Part shown: positions 43,337-52,930 of the stretch, piece by piece
Layout: each line of letters begins with the position of its first letter
Position numbering within the stretch: the stretch's first letter is position 1
Virus record (IMG/VR): IMGVR_UViG_3300040801_002155
Location: 1 to 57,003 of that record
Strand: one strand, 5' to 3'
Origin: a virus
Length of the DNA stretch: 57,003 nt
Notes under the pieces: model-generated
What the model saw: only the letters and a program-made list of their open reading frames with translations
Database searches by the model: none
Told to the model about the DNA's origin: nothing
Position numbers and translations under genes: made by a program

Positions 43337-44626
43337 TTATTCAATATCATACAATAAGCGAGTTTGTTCTTTCTCTTCTCCCTCTTCCTCTTCTTCAACC
43401 GGCTTTCTCTTTTTTATATAAGAGTTTGGTTGCTTATCGATCGGCATATTCTTATTCCTTATATCATCTGCCCCTGGATCTTTTGAGGGTTTTATACCGA
43501 GAATAGATCGAATTTCATTTGGTGTTAAAATTTCATTTCTTGTAAAGGCGTCTGCCATGTCAGCCATTTCATTAGCAGGGATAAGACGTAAAATATCTCT
43601 AAATCCCATTATTGACTGTCCTTGAGTTCTTGCTGTTTTTGTCAAAAACTTTCGGCGCATTTCTTCTGAAAGTGCTGTTACAAGAGGTTCGACCGTTCGA
43701 TTGTAATAATTAACCATTGCTTTTTCATTTGCTTTTCCAGAAAAAACATCTTCTGAAATTCCAAGCTGACTATATAACATTCTCGTTAAGTAGGTAATTT
43801 GTTCTAAAAGATTATTATTGCTTGGTCTATTTAATTGTGTAATGCGTTCCGTTCCATCCGTATACGCAATCCCATACCGACTCCCACTTAACTGTTCTTC
43901 AATTGCTCTACGTCTTTCTTCAGCTTGTTGCCTTCGTGCCTCGGTTTTAATTATGTATGGTAATTGAATTATTATATCAAGTTTTCCACTTCCACTTTGT
44001 TCATCGATTACATCCAAGAGAACAAGTTTTCTGATGAGTCTCTGTAATGTTCCATTTGGCTCATTCATTATTGCAAAATGTGGATTCTCAATTATCGCAA
44101 CAATTGACTTAGGTAAGATTATTTCTTCTCTTATACCTTTTCGATCGTTATAAAGATCAACTCTTACATGATCTGGATACCATGCGGTAATTTTTCCGGT
44201 TCTCATAGTCAATATATCATAACCAGAGGTGTCTTTTGGAGAAATGGCGGTATCAACCGGAACCAAAGCCACAACCCCCTCATCAAACATGCTTATTATA
44301 GCATCATGAATAAATGCTCTTCCTGTTTGATCTTTGTTTGCTTCAACCGAAAAACAATTTTGTAAGCCGCTATCCATAGTCTCTTTATATCGACCATTTT
44401 CATCTAAACGAACGTGCGTTATATCATAAGCCGCAACATCTAATGCTATTTTGTTATAAATGGCGGTAATAATAGAGCGCTCGTTACCTCTTGAAAAACG
44501 GGGTCGAAATGGGCTATAAGAACTTTGATAGCCAAGATCTCTATATTCTAAATAATCTTCTGGTTCGTTATTTCCTATAAAAGCATTCCAAGCGTGTTTT
44601 AGACGAGAGCCAAATGGTTTTGCCAT
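43337..44626 (-). CDS. Portal protein
   Basis: 429 aa between TerL and the capsid gene, with an acidic C-terminal tail. The call rests on size and position plus a general portal-like pattern. Confidence 0.6.
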   Translation of the reverse strand: MAKPFGSRLKHAWNAFIGNNEPEDYLEYRDLGYQSSYSPFRPRFSRGNERSIITAIYNKIALDVAAYDITHVRLDENGRYKETMDSGLQNCFSVEANKDQTGRAFIHDAIISMFDEGVVALVPVDTAISPKDTSGYDILTMRTGKITAWYPDHVRVDLYNDRKGIREEIILPKSIVAIIENPHFAIMNEPNGTLQRLIRKLVLLDVIDEQSGSGKLDIIIQLPYIIKTEARRQQAEERRRAIEEQLSGSRYGIAYTDGTERITQLNRPSNNNLLEQITYLTRMLYSQLGISEDVFSGKANEKAMVNYYNRTVEPLVTALSEEMRRKFLTKTARTQGQSIMGFRDILRLIPANEMADMADAFTRNEILTPNEIRSILGIKPSKDPGADDIRNKNMPIDKQPNSYIKKRKPVEEEEEGEEKEQTRLLYDIE

Positions 44627-44630
44627 AAGT

Positions 44631-45104
44631 TTATCCTCCTCTTCTCATTAGGTTTTCATCTCTATATCCCACTTTTCCAGTTGAGAAAACGCCCTGTTTT
44701 ACTTGGCTCATGTCATATCCGGCATCTGCATATCCTGTTAAAACACCGATATTTCCGCGACTTGCCACAAAACGTACAACTCTTCCCGATGGGGTTGGAA
44801 TATCTCCAATATAGTTATTCATAAGTTCTGCCATTTTATTATTATACTGAAGGATCGTTTTAGCTGTAAGCTTTCCATTGGATTTAAGTTGTACATCTAA
44901 TTCTTTTTCTGCATAGGTTCTAAGATCTTTTGAAATGGCACGCGCGGCTTTTTTCTTAATTTTTTCGCCCTTTGTTTTTATAAACTTATCGTCTTTTCTG
45001 TCAAGACGGCGAGCTCCTCTTGGCGTCAATGAACCATCTGGGTTCTGATAACGCCGGATACCCCACTTCATTCCTACAATGCCGTAATGTTTTAAGTGAG
45101 TCAT
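44631..45104 (-). CDS. Hypothetical protein with an N-terminal KHYGxxGMKWGIR motif
   Basis: MTHLKHYGIVGMKWGIRRYQNPDGSLTPRG. Encoded between TerL and the portal gene. Confidence 0.55.
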   Translation of the reverse strand: MTHLKHYGIVGMKWGIRRYQNPDGSLTPRGARRLDRKDDKFIKTKGEKIKKKAARAISKDLRTYAEKELDVQLKSNGKLTAKTILQYNNKMAELMNNYIGDIPTPSGRVVRFVASRGNIGVLTGYADAGYDMSQVKQGVFSTGKVGYRDENLMRRGG

Positions 45105-45112
45105 AATATATC

Positions 45113-45622
45113 CTATCCGTCAAGTACTTCTTTGCTAATTATTGAAACTATTATCTCACCGACTTTTTCTCCAACTTTTTCTCCGGTTTTTTGTCCTAGA
45201 GAGCGGGCTCCACCTTCCGTTAGAGCAAGCGCAGATTTCGTACCAATGTCTTTTAATAGACTGGATGTTACTTTTTTTCCTGGGTCAATATCCTGTTTTA
45301 CTAAATCTGCATACTTCTTTTCAAGTTCCAATCTAGCAATTGCCTCTTGTAATTCTTCCTTGGACATGATTCTTTTATTTGTCATGGCGGCTTTCCGCTC
45401 TTTAAGTGCTTCTTTTCTTAAAGCTCTTTCAGATTTTGGTTTTTCAGCCTTTGGAGAACGCGATCCAGAATCACGTCTGTCATTCCGTATTCCCCATTTC
45501 ATACCAAGAACCCCATAATGAGTTAGCTCATTATTTTCCGAATCCGTTTCATTAGATATATTCTTTTTTTCATCCTCCTTTTCTGTTGGCGATCTAGACG
45601 TACTAAGTATTACTTTATTCAC
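45113..45622 (-). CDS. Hypothetical protein with a THYGxxGMKWGIR motif
   Basis: GTG start after AGGAGG. ...NNELTHYGVLGMKWGIRNDRRD... then a helical, basic region. Confidence 0.55.
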   Translation of the reverse strand: MNKVILSTSRSPTEKEDEKKNISNETDSENNELTHYGVLGMKWGIRNDRRDSGSRSPKAEKPKSERALRKEALKERKAAMTNKRIMSKEELQEAIARLELEKKYADLVKQDIDPGKKVTSSLLKDIGTKSALALTEGGARSLGQKTGEKVGEKVGEIIVSIISKEVLDG

Positions 45623-45631
45623 TTTTACCTC

Positions 45632-47377
45632 CTATTCAAATGCTTCTTTATGTAGCTTATATGCAACATAAGCATCTAATAATGCAGCGACCGAATCAAT
45701 TTTTTCATCATTTCTTTTCTTTAATAATTTTCGATTGCCATTTGTATCTTCCATAGTAACACAGTTGCCCATGGTAAATGAAAATAATTCTTGATCGAAT
45801 ATGAGCAATCTTTCTTCACTTAATTTCTTTAATTCTCCAAGCGGAACTGATTCTGTTTTTGCTCCCTGAATGACTTTCTCAATACCATAAGGACCATTTT
45901 CTCTTTGCCATCGCTCAACAAACTCTCTGGCATTATATGGATCATATCCAAATGAGCGAACATCAAATTCTGAATCGCCAATAAATCTATCTAGGTCATC
46001 ATAAACATCCATCATATCTAATACAGCCCCATCAATAACCATTAAAGACCCTTCTTCAATGAATTGATCATACTTCATTCTCATTGCTCCTGGAAGTTTC
46101 ATTAAGGTTAAACTGGAAATGTAACATCTTGTTTTTATTCCGAACTCATTTCTTGTTAAAGGGAACATAAACGTAAAGGCACAAAAATCATCTCCCTGCG
46201 ACAAATCTGCTCCAAGAGAACATGGCATTTGCCAAAAATCTCTTCGCCGATGAGGCAATGTTTCTTCATATGTAAAGAAGTATGTATAACCCTCCATCGG
46301 AATGCCAAAACGTTTTGCTAAAATATCATTTCTTGTTGCCGGGGCTTTTTCAGCTCTCTCAACATCAAGGTGATATGCTTCATATGTAACAGTCTTTCCA
46401 AGATTCGGATTTGCTTTTAACCACGTTTCCGGATGAGCCACCTCTTCAATATCATCTAATCGATAGTACCAAATGGACACATGGGGGTTGATATAATCAC
46501 CTTTTAGAATGTCCATTAATTCCATTTTGATTGTATCGCCACTGCTATTCCGAACAGTTCCTTCTGAGCTAACTGCTATAATTAAATAATCGTCAAGTTT
46601 GCTTGCTCCTTGTTCGATTGCGCCAACAACGTCTTCTCTGATATCTCCGGAAAGCCACTCATCAATTGTACTAACTTTTGGGCGCAAACCTTGAAGTTTA
46701 TCAATAGACATTGGACGAACTTCTAGTAAAGATCCAGTTAAAAAGTTTTCAATACCCTTTTTGGTAGATGCTAACTTTACTCGATTTATCTTATTTCCCG
46801 TTGTGTTGTTTATTGAGCCACTGGTTAGAAATTTAAAAAGTGGTCCGCGAGATCTTGTAATGGCAGTTCTAATTGGCGATAAAACTTCTTCACTTTGCTT
46901 CATTGTTGGGGCGGTGGTTATCTGATGCGTCGTTGATGTATCTACATTTAAGAAAAAGTTCTGTATACAACTAGCATACATTGACTTAGCCGCGCCTCTT
47001 GCGACGATTAAGTATTGTTTATTAATTAATCGCTTTTTAATATTCCGTGTTACGTATCGGCCACCGTCTCCATCTGGATTTGGTTCATATACACTTCTCT
47101 CAATAAAGTAATACCATCCAAAGACCTGTTCAGCCCACAGTTTAAATGTATCCAATAAATGTAAGTCTGCGCCATCTGTCAGCGTTAATTCTGACTCGCA
47201 AAACTTAATAAATCCTTCAACCGCATCAATGTCATAATAAATAGATCGATTTTTAATTAAATCATCAATTCTATTCATTTCCATTGCAATTTCTTTACAG
47301 ACGGGTATTTTGCCTCGCAACACGGACTCTCTAAATTCACCATAATACTTTGGAGTTGCCGTGTTTGATAAGGTCAT
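45632..47377 (-). CDS. terL: Terminase large subunit (Terminase_1 / HK97-like type)
   Basis: Walker A-like IVARGAAKS, Walker B STIDEW, nuclease acidic residues GADLSQGDD and EKIDSVAALLDA. Confidence 0.9.
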   Translation of the reverse strand: MTLSNTATPKYYGEFRESVLRGKIPVCKEIAMEMNRIDDLIKNRSIYYDIDAVEGFIKFCESELTLTDGADLHLLDTFKLWAEQVFGWYYFIERSVYEPNPDGDGGRYVTRNIKKRLINKQYLIVARGAAKSMYASCIQNFFLNVDTSTTHQITTAPTMKQSEEVLSPIRTAITRSRGPLFKFLTSGSINNTTGNKINRVKLASTKKGIENFLTGSLLEVRPMSIDKLQGLRPKVSTIDEWLSGDIREDVVGAIEQGASKLDDYLIIAVSSEGTVRNSSGDTIKMELMDILKGDYINPHVSIWYYRLDDIEEVAHPETWLKANPNLGKTVTYEAYHLDVERAEKAPATRNDILAKRFGIPMEGYTYFFTYEETLPHRRRDFWQMPCSLGADLSQGDDFCAFTFMFPLTRNEFGIKTRCYISSLTLMKLPGAMRMKYDQFIEEGSLMVIDGAVLDMMDVYDDLDRFIGDSEFDVRSFGYDPYNAREFVERWQRENGPYGIEKVIQGAKTESVPLGELKKLSEERLLIFDQELFSFTMGNCVTMEDTNGNRKLLKKRNDEKIDSVAALLDAYVAYKLHKEAFE

Positions 47378-47427
47378 CTTAAGGGTTTATCCTTTCTTTA
47401 CCTTTAATTATTAGCATGGTCATTTCA

Positions 47428-48765
47428 TCATTGCACCTCTTTCACCATTTCAACAACATTACTATTTAATATTGCCTGCAAGCCGTTTGTCTTGTGCCAT
47501 AAAAACGCCTGTGCTTGTCTGGTACTTCCCACAAATCCATTGTCATAATGCCATGCATCGGTGCCGGTTATGGCACTAATACGCCTAAAAATAATTCCAT
47601 TTTTTGTTCTTAAATCTTCTGTATGAAGATGCCCCATATGAAATTCTCTAAAGCTAGAATCTCCCCATTCTTTTGCGGCTTCCAATTGCATAAGGCCCTC
47701 AAGTCGTTTGCCCTCTTTTTCTCCATGAGTATAACCTATAAGATTCCTGCCAAATAATTGATACTTTCTCCCAGCGGCATCAAGATCAACATCGATACTA
47801 TCTGTTTCGGAGTATCGTTGATATACGCCAACAACTGCTGCATAGCTAAGCATTCGATCGTGATTTCCTGGAATCCAAAAGACTTTTACTGGTGCAATCT
47901 TTCTAAGTTCTTCAACTGACCAAACTAATAAATCTACGCCTTTTCGAAATACCTTTTGCCAACGACTATCGCTATATAATTGTGTTCCAGCCGTTGTGGT
48001 TACTCCTGGTGTATCGAAATGGAAAAAATCTTGGCCAATTGGGAAAAGTATTTTTTCAATATCTCCAAACCGTTTAGCCTTTAATGTAAGATCCATAAAT
48101 GATTTTCGCCATAATGCTTCCGCAATCTTTAAATCATAATCATCGCCGCTTTCTTCATTCCACGCATGTTTTCCAAAGTGGAAATCCATTATTGGAAGCT
48201 CATATAATAAGCCATCTGTAAATAACTTATAATTATACTCTGTAAGATTTGCTGGTGGCAACTCTTGAAAAGCTTGTAAAACTTGCGGAAATCTTAATTC
48301 GGAAACAAGCGGTTTAACTCGTATTTTAACATGATACTTTCGATTCCTTTTTGTTAATGGGATTGAAGTTTTTACAACTTTGTCATCGATGATTTCTTGA
48401 TTTTCCATCTTCATTGTGACGTCCCAATGTCCTTTTAGAACTTCACAATCTATAACATGCCATTCAAGTGGATCCAATCCCATTTTATCTAATATCGTTG
48501 CTGGAGTCGCTTTTTCTCCAGGCGAAAGATAAATATCAACCTCAAGAGTCTTAGAATCATCCTCATGATAAAAAACTTTATCTGGTTCAAAGTCTGGTGG
48601 TTCTGGTCGTAGATCTTTTAATGTCTCAAGAAGCAATTTCATTCCGGCGATATACATTGCAGAATTATTATAACTCATTTCTTTATTGAAAATTCGTTTT
48701 AACTTTTCTTGAGAGTTTCCCTCGCCTTCAAAAATATCAAATGCTATTTTGTTTATGTCTGTCAA
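47428..48765 (-). CDS. Calcineurin-like metallophosphoesterase
   Basis: WIPGNHD, YTHGEKEG and MGHLH motifs. Confidence 0.7.
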   Translation of the reverse strand: MTDINKIAFDIFEGEGNSQEKLKRIFNKEMSYNNSAMYIAGMKLLLETLKDLRPEPPDFEPDKVFYHEDDSKTLEVDIYLSPGEKATPATILDKMGLDPLEWHVIDCEVLKGHWDVTMKMENQEIIDDKVVKTSIPLTKRNRKYHVKIRVKPLVSELRFPQVLQAFQELPPANLTEYNYKLFTDGLLYELPIMDFHFGKHAWNEESGDDYDLKIAEALWRKSFMDLTLKAKRFGDIEKILFPIGQDFFHFDTPGVTTTAGTQLYSDSRWQKVFRKGVDLLVWSVEELRKIAPVKVFWIPGNHDRMLSYAAVVGVYQRYSETDSIDVDLDAAGRKYQLFGRNLIGYTHGEKEGKRLEGLMQLEAAKEWGDSSFREFHMGHLHTEDLRTKNGIIFRRISAITGTDAWHYDNGFVGSTRQAQAFLWHKTNGLQAILNSNVVEMVKEVQ

Positions 48766-48795
48766 GAAGACCGTCCTTGTGTCGTGGATGAATAT

Positions 48796-48822
48796 AGCCC
48801 GTCCTAAAAATTAAGACGGGCT
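48796..48822 (-). other. GC-rich hairpin without a U-tract, between the holin-like and phosphoesterase genes
   Basis: AGCCCGTC-11 nt-GACGGGCT. Confidence 0.4.
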
Positions 48823-48843
48823 TGAATTCCTACATCTTAAAAA

Positions 48844-49167
48844 CTAATCTGTATTAAATGAGAAACCAATAAGTGGCATACCTTTAGTTACTGAATATGT
48901 CACACGGCTGCCGAGTAATTGCATAACGAATCCCAAGAAGGTTACTAAAAATCCAAGAACACTATCAACCATAACCCAATTTGCATTAACGTTAAAGAAT
49001 GATACCCCAGCCACAATAATAAATGCGGCTAAATTCAATCCTTGAACCCAACGCTCACTTGTCCCATCAGCAACGACTCCAAATCGTTTCAGAAGGTTAA
49101 CAACTACTGAAATAAGACCACCCAAACCGGTCAGTCCTGCCAAAATTCCTAATACATTATCAATCAT
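48844..49167 (-). CDS. Holin candidate (multi-TM, Dp-1-like pattern)
   Basis: GILAGLTGLGGLISVVVNLLKRFGVVADG...LNLAAFIIVAGVSFF...VLGFLVTFLGFVMQLL. Confidence 0.5.
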   Translation of the reverse strand: MIDNVLGILAGLTGLGGLISVVVNLLKRFGVVADGTSERWVQGLNLAAFIIVAGVSFFNVNANWVMVDSVLGFLVTFLGFVMQLLGSRVTYSVTKGMPLIGFSFNTD

Positions 49168-49181
49168 TTTTAAATCTCCTT

Positions 49182-49856
49182 TTATAATTTAAAATTAAGC
49201 ACTGCGCCATATAATATAAATGTTGCCCCATTTGTTCCATTGACTATTAGGCATGGGGTATATGTTACATTATTTACAACTTTTATTGGATTTGAAAAGG
49301 TCATTGTTAATTTATGGTCGCCAATATCACTCGATGATAACGGATTCGAATGCGCTTGATCGAATGTAATGTCGGACTTTGCCTCACCCAAAACTGGACT
49401 CGCATCTTCAGTCAATGTTGTCTTATAATATGCTCCAGTAAGAAAATCAATCCAGTCCCCACTTATCTTAAACCAGAAGGATATATCTATAAGTTCTGCA
49501 CCAATACTTTTGGCAATTGGAGCGATCGGAATATAAAGTTGAAAATCTCCTGCACCAACGGCTCTCTTTTCACATAAAAGATTATTTTCAAATGCCGTTG
49601 ACCATGTCCCTCCGACTTTTACTATGTTTTTTGGAGGAATGAATATAGATACTTCCTTACTTCCCATTAACGATTCTAAATTTTCATTAATACTTACAAA
49701 TCCATTATCAACTTCATTTACTTTTTCTATGAATGCTTTTTCAACTATCTCAATCTCATCCTGTATGCTATTTATAATATAAGGAAGAAATAATCCTCTA
49801 TGATGATCCCTTGATACTTTGGGATTTCCAGAATATGAGTATTGATTCTTTGCCAT
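49182..49856 (-). CDS. Hypothetical protein (224 aa)
   Basis: Minus-strand ORF in the late region. Confidence 0.55.
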   Translation of the reverse strand: MAKNQYSYSGNPKVSRDHHRGLFLPYIINSIQDEIEIVEKAFIEKVNEVDNGFVSINENLESLMGSKEVSIFIPPKNIVKVGGTWSTAFENNLLCEKRAVGAGDFQLYIPIAPIAKSIGAELIDISFWFKISGDWIDFLTGAYYKTTLTEDASPVLGEAKSDITFDQAHSNPLSSSDIGDHKLTMTFSNPIKVVNNVTYTPCLIVNGTNGATFILYGAVLNFKL

Positions 49857-49881
49857 ATAACTATCTCCTTTTTATAATTAA

Positions 49882-50820
49882 TTAACTTCTTATACTAATG
49901 TCTTGTTTTCGCAAATCTTTTAATAAATCAGATAGGTGTTTTGAATCCATCTCCTTTCCAATAAATAGATTTTTCCAATCAGTTTGTTCTTTATTAGTGG
50001 CCCTATTTATTAAATTTTCTAATGAATCATCGCCAAAATTAAGTGGATAGGCCATATAATCTTTATATTGATCCCAGTGTTTTAAACTAAAATTTTCAAT
50101 AATAGTACTTCCACTGCAAGGAATATGCTGACCAAATCCTATTGTTGGTTTCCCTCTAGCAACGGATAAGTACATAAACGTTCCTTCTGCAATGACTAAA
50201 TCCGCATCATCGATATCTCGATAAGATCCATCTGGTTTTCCAAATATAAGCTTAATTCGAGAATCTTTCCATAATCCAATATTTTCTAAGGGATTTAGTA
50301 CTCGTGCTTTAATATTATACTGATCGGAAATATCTAGTAATTTTTTATAAACATTCGCGTTTTCTTCCTTCTTTACATCTGGAAGTGCGTTGCTATGCAT
50401 TGATCCGTGAATCGGTGCAAATAAAATATTTCGAACTTTTGGTGGTTTTTTGAATGGCATAATTGGACAAAAATACCAGCCAATTACATAATGTTGTAAA
50501 TATGGACGCATAATTTCTTCAATATGCTTATGTCCCTCGCCAATGACTAAGTTTGCAAATATCTTCTTGTTTGGGGGAAAGTAATCGCTATCATTCCACC
50601 AAGCTCCTGTTGCTCCATGTGGATAGGTAATAATTGTGGCCCACTCATCATAATATTTATTAACTAATCCACGTCCAAGTTCGGGATTAAGCCTATTAAT
50701 TACGTGATCAAATAATGCAACACTAGCTCTACGCCGTCTAAAATACCATCCTTCTTTTTTTAAGGCTTCATCGATGCCCATTCCTTTATGCTGATGGTGT
50801 GAAATAAAGTATCTCATCAT
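49882..50820 (-). CDS. Hypothetical enzyme-like protein (312 aa), translationally coupled to the methyltransferase
   Basis: The start ATG at 50820 forms an ATGA overlap with the methyltransferase stop. The tracked 371-aa form overlaps that gene by 181 nt. A possible GT-B-like transferase, but I cannot support this from motifs. Confidence 0.5.
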   Translation of the reverse strand: MMRYFISHHQHKGMGIDEALKKEGWYFRRRRASVALFDHVINRLNPELGRGLVNKYYDEWATIITYPHGATGAWWNDSDYFPPNKKIFANLVIGEGHKHIEEIMRPYLQHYVIGWYFCPIMPFKKPPKVRNILFAPIHGSMHSNALPDVKKEENANVYKKLLDISDQYNIKARVLNPLENIGLWKDSRIKLIFGKPDGSYRDIDDADLVIAEGTFMYLSVARGKPTIGFGQHIPCSGSTIIENFSLKHWDQYKDYMAYPLNFGDDSLENLINRATNKEQTDWKNLFIGKEMDSKHLSDLLKDLRKQDISIRS

Positions 50821-51422
50821 GACAATATCCAGATAAACTCCCATGGGGCTTTTTTGCCCTTTATAGATTTGACAATGATAAATCCGGCCTTTAGAATGTG
50901 CCTTTCCCATGTATTGCGTTTCAAATGCCATTCCACTTGATGGCTTCCGATCTTTGTTCTTCGAAAAGCTTCTGGGCCTTTGGAATAGTCCAAACAATTT
51001 GGGACTTCGAGATAAAATAGCCCGTCATATGTAAGTCGCGACTTCATATCGATTAGAAAATCTTGAAGATGATACATATGCTCTGCTGTACCAAGACACC
51101 AAATTAAATCGAAAGTTTTTATATCTTCGAATTCGTTTTTGGTAGTAAACCTGGCATCTGGAACTTTTGCTTGGGCTAACTTTATCGCTTCTTCGGATAT
51201 GTCGATACCATACGGATTGGCAAATGGATTTTTCTTGTGATACCAGTCCAAAGCTACACCAGTTCCACAACCAAAGTCGAGAATATTATTTGGCGTCGGA
51301 GCATATGGATCTAGCATTTCATACATGAATTCTACTTTTTCTGTACTGGGCCACTTATTTGGGTTTTTGCGGTAAATTTCATTGTATTCTTGTTGTATCT
51401 CTTCTCTGGTTCGATCTTCCAT
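50817..51422 (-). CDS. Class I SAM-dependent methyltransferase
   Basis: Motif I ILDFGCGTGVAL, followed by GIDISEEA and DLIWCLGTAEH. Confidence 0.7.
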   Translation of the reverse strand: MEDRTREEIQQEYNEIYRKNPNKWPSTEKVEFMYEMLDPYAPTPNNILDFGCGTGVALDWYHKKNPFANPYGIDISEEAIKLAQAKVPDARFTTKNEFEDIKTFDLIWCLGTAEHMYHLQDFLIDMKSRLTYDGLFYLEVPNCLDYSKGPEAFRRTKIGSHQVEWHLKRNTWERHILKAGFIIVKSIKGKKAPWEFIWILS

Positions 51423-51458
51423 AAATTATCTCCTTTCAGAAATTACTTCCATTTTGAC

Positions 51459-52019
51459 TTAGCCCACTCCCAATAATGGTAGGAGTGGAGGTCCAGAACT
51501 AAGTATGCCTCGGTACCAGGTTGTGGTTAAATTCCAAGCAACTGCTGTATTAAAAACATACTCGCCTCTATAAAAACCAACCCCAAAATCTATTAAAGTA
51601 GGATCGGCACTATAACTAACTGAGCATTGTACTAATACTTCTACATCAATGTCAACCTGCGTATTTGCTGGTATTGATTTCATTAATATATCAGCGCTAG
51701 CACCGAAATTACCAGTTACAGAACCAGTAGCTCCTTTATTTGGGCCCTCTAAAACTAAGTAATTACTAACATTTGCATATTTTTTCTGTATTCTTAAAAA
51801 CAAACTTCTTGGTTGTGCGAACTGGCTCGTGTCATAAACAGTACCTGTAATCTTGAGCTTTGCGGTCATAATATATGAGCTGCCGTTTTCAACCCCATCC
51901 CATACTAATACTTCCCCCACAACCGATTTACTAGATGTGCTTTTTACATATTCTACATTATCAGAGATATTCGATTGTGAGTATAACGGCCACCTAGCCC
52001 TTATATTTGGGTAAACCAT
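51459..52019 (-). CDS. Hypothetical protein (186 aa)
   Basis: Minus-strand ORF, beta-rich composition. Confidence 0.55.
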   Translation of the reverse strand: MVYPNIRARWPLYSQSNISDNVEYVKSTSSKSVVGEVLVWDGVENGSSYIMTAKLKITGTVYDTSQFAQPRSLFLRIQKKYANVSNYLVLEGPNKGATGSVTGNFGASADILMKSIPANTQVDIDVEVLVQCSVSYSADPTLIDFGVGFYRGEYVFNTAVAWNLTTTWYRGILSSGPPLLPLLGVG

Positions 52020-52021
52020 AA

Positions 52022-52555
52022 TTAACCCCCTTTATATCCACTTATACTAACTTGCACATTCGCACCGGTTGTTTCGCATTCGACAAATACCGCAGTATTA
52101 GCAGAAAATACTATTGGTGTAGGTAGTTGAACGCTAAATCCTCCACCATCTTTAGCCGCGTTGTTTCTAAATTTAACTGTTCCACCGCTACCATCTCTAA
52201 ATTTAACAACCGTATTCACACTAGCGCTATTATTTGTAACAGTGATTGAGGTTATATAGATTTTAATACCCGCACCCTGAGCTGCGATTAGTTGAACTGG
52301 TATAGTATTCTCAATATCTGCACTTACTCCGCTAACTAAATTGTCTGGCCCAGAATATGGCACAACAACTTTATCACCCGCTAATACAATCCTTAAAGCA
52401 TTTTCAACGGCGCCTTCTCCGGCGAGAATCATGATGCCAGAGTCAGCTTCGCCGTTCATAATTTTAATTTTTGATACATGCGCGGTTCCAACCTGATCTG
52501 TTGCAGACACTTGAATATCGCCATGCCCATCAAGAATTTCTAAATTATCTGGCAT
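52022..52555 (-). CDS. Hypothetical beta-rich protein, paralog of 52565..52930
   Basis: ITSITVTNNSASVNTVVKFRDGSGGTVKFRNNAAKDGGGFSVQLPTPIVFSANTAVFVECETTGANVQVSISGYK aligns with the neighbouring gene. Confidence 0.55.
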   Translation of the reverse strand: MPDNLEILDGHGDIQVSATDQVGTAHVSKIKIMNGEADSGIMILAGEGAVENALRIVLAGDKVVVPYSGPDNLVSGVSADIENTIPVQLIAAQGAGIKIYITSITVTNNSASVNTVVKFRDGSGGTVKFRNNAAKDGGGFSVQLPTPIVFSANTAVFVECETTGANVQVSISGYKGG

Positions 52556-52564
52556 CTATTCCTC

Positions 52565-52930
52565 CTAAGCCTTAAATCCACATGCACTAACTTGAACCTT
52601 TGCGCCTGTAGTTTCGCAAACAACGTAAATTGCCGTTTTTGCCGAGAACATTAATGGAGCTGGAAAATCTAATGCAAATCCGCCGCCTTCTTTTGCTGCG
52701 TTGGCACGCCATTTTGTTTCTCCATTTAACCCATCTGTAAGTTTCACAACCGTTGAGACAGTATCATGATTGTTGGTTACTGACAGCGTTGTAATATATA
52801 ATTCTTCATTAATTCCAGTTGGAGCAGGAATTAAAAGAACTGGAGTTGTATCTTCAATATCATCCAGTGCCGCTGATACAAGATTACCTGCATATGCATA
52901 TCCGCCAAGCGGAAAATCAGTTAAACCCAT
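52565..52930 (-). CDS. Hypothetical beta-rich protein, paralog of 52022..52555
   Basis: ITTLSVTNNHDTVSTVVKLTDGLNGETKWRANAAKEGGGFALDFPAPLMFSAKTAIYVVCETTGAKVQVSACGFK. Start set at MGLTDFP (RBS GGGAGG). Confidence 0.55.
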   Translation of the reverse strand: MGLTDFPLGGYAYAGNLVSAALDDIEDTTPVLLIPAPTGINEELYITTLSVTNNHDTVSTVVKLTDGLNGETKWRANAAKEGGGFALDFPAPLMFSAKTAIYVVCETTGAKVQVSACGFKA

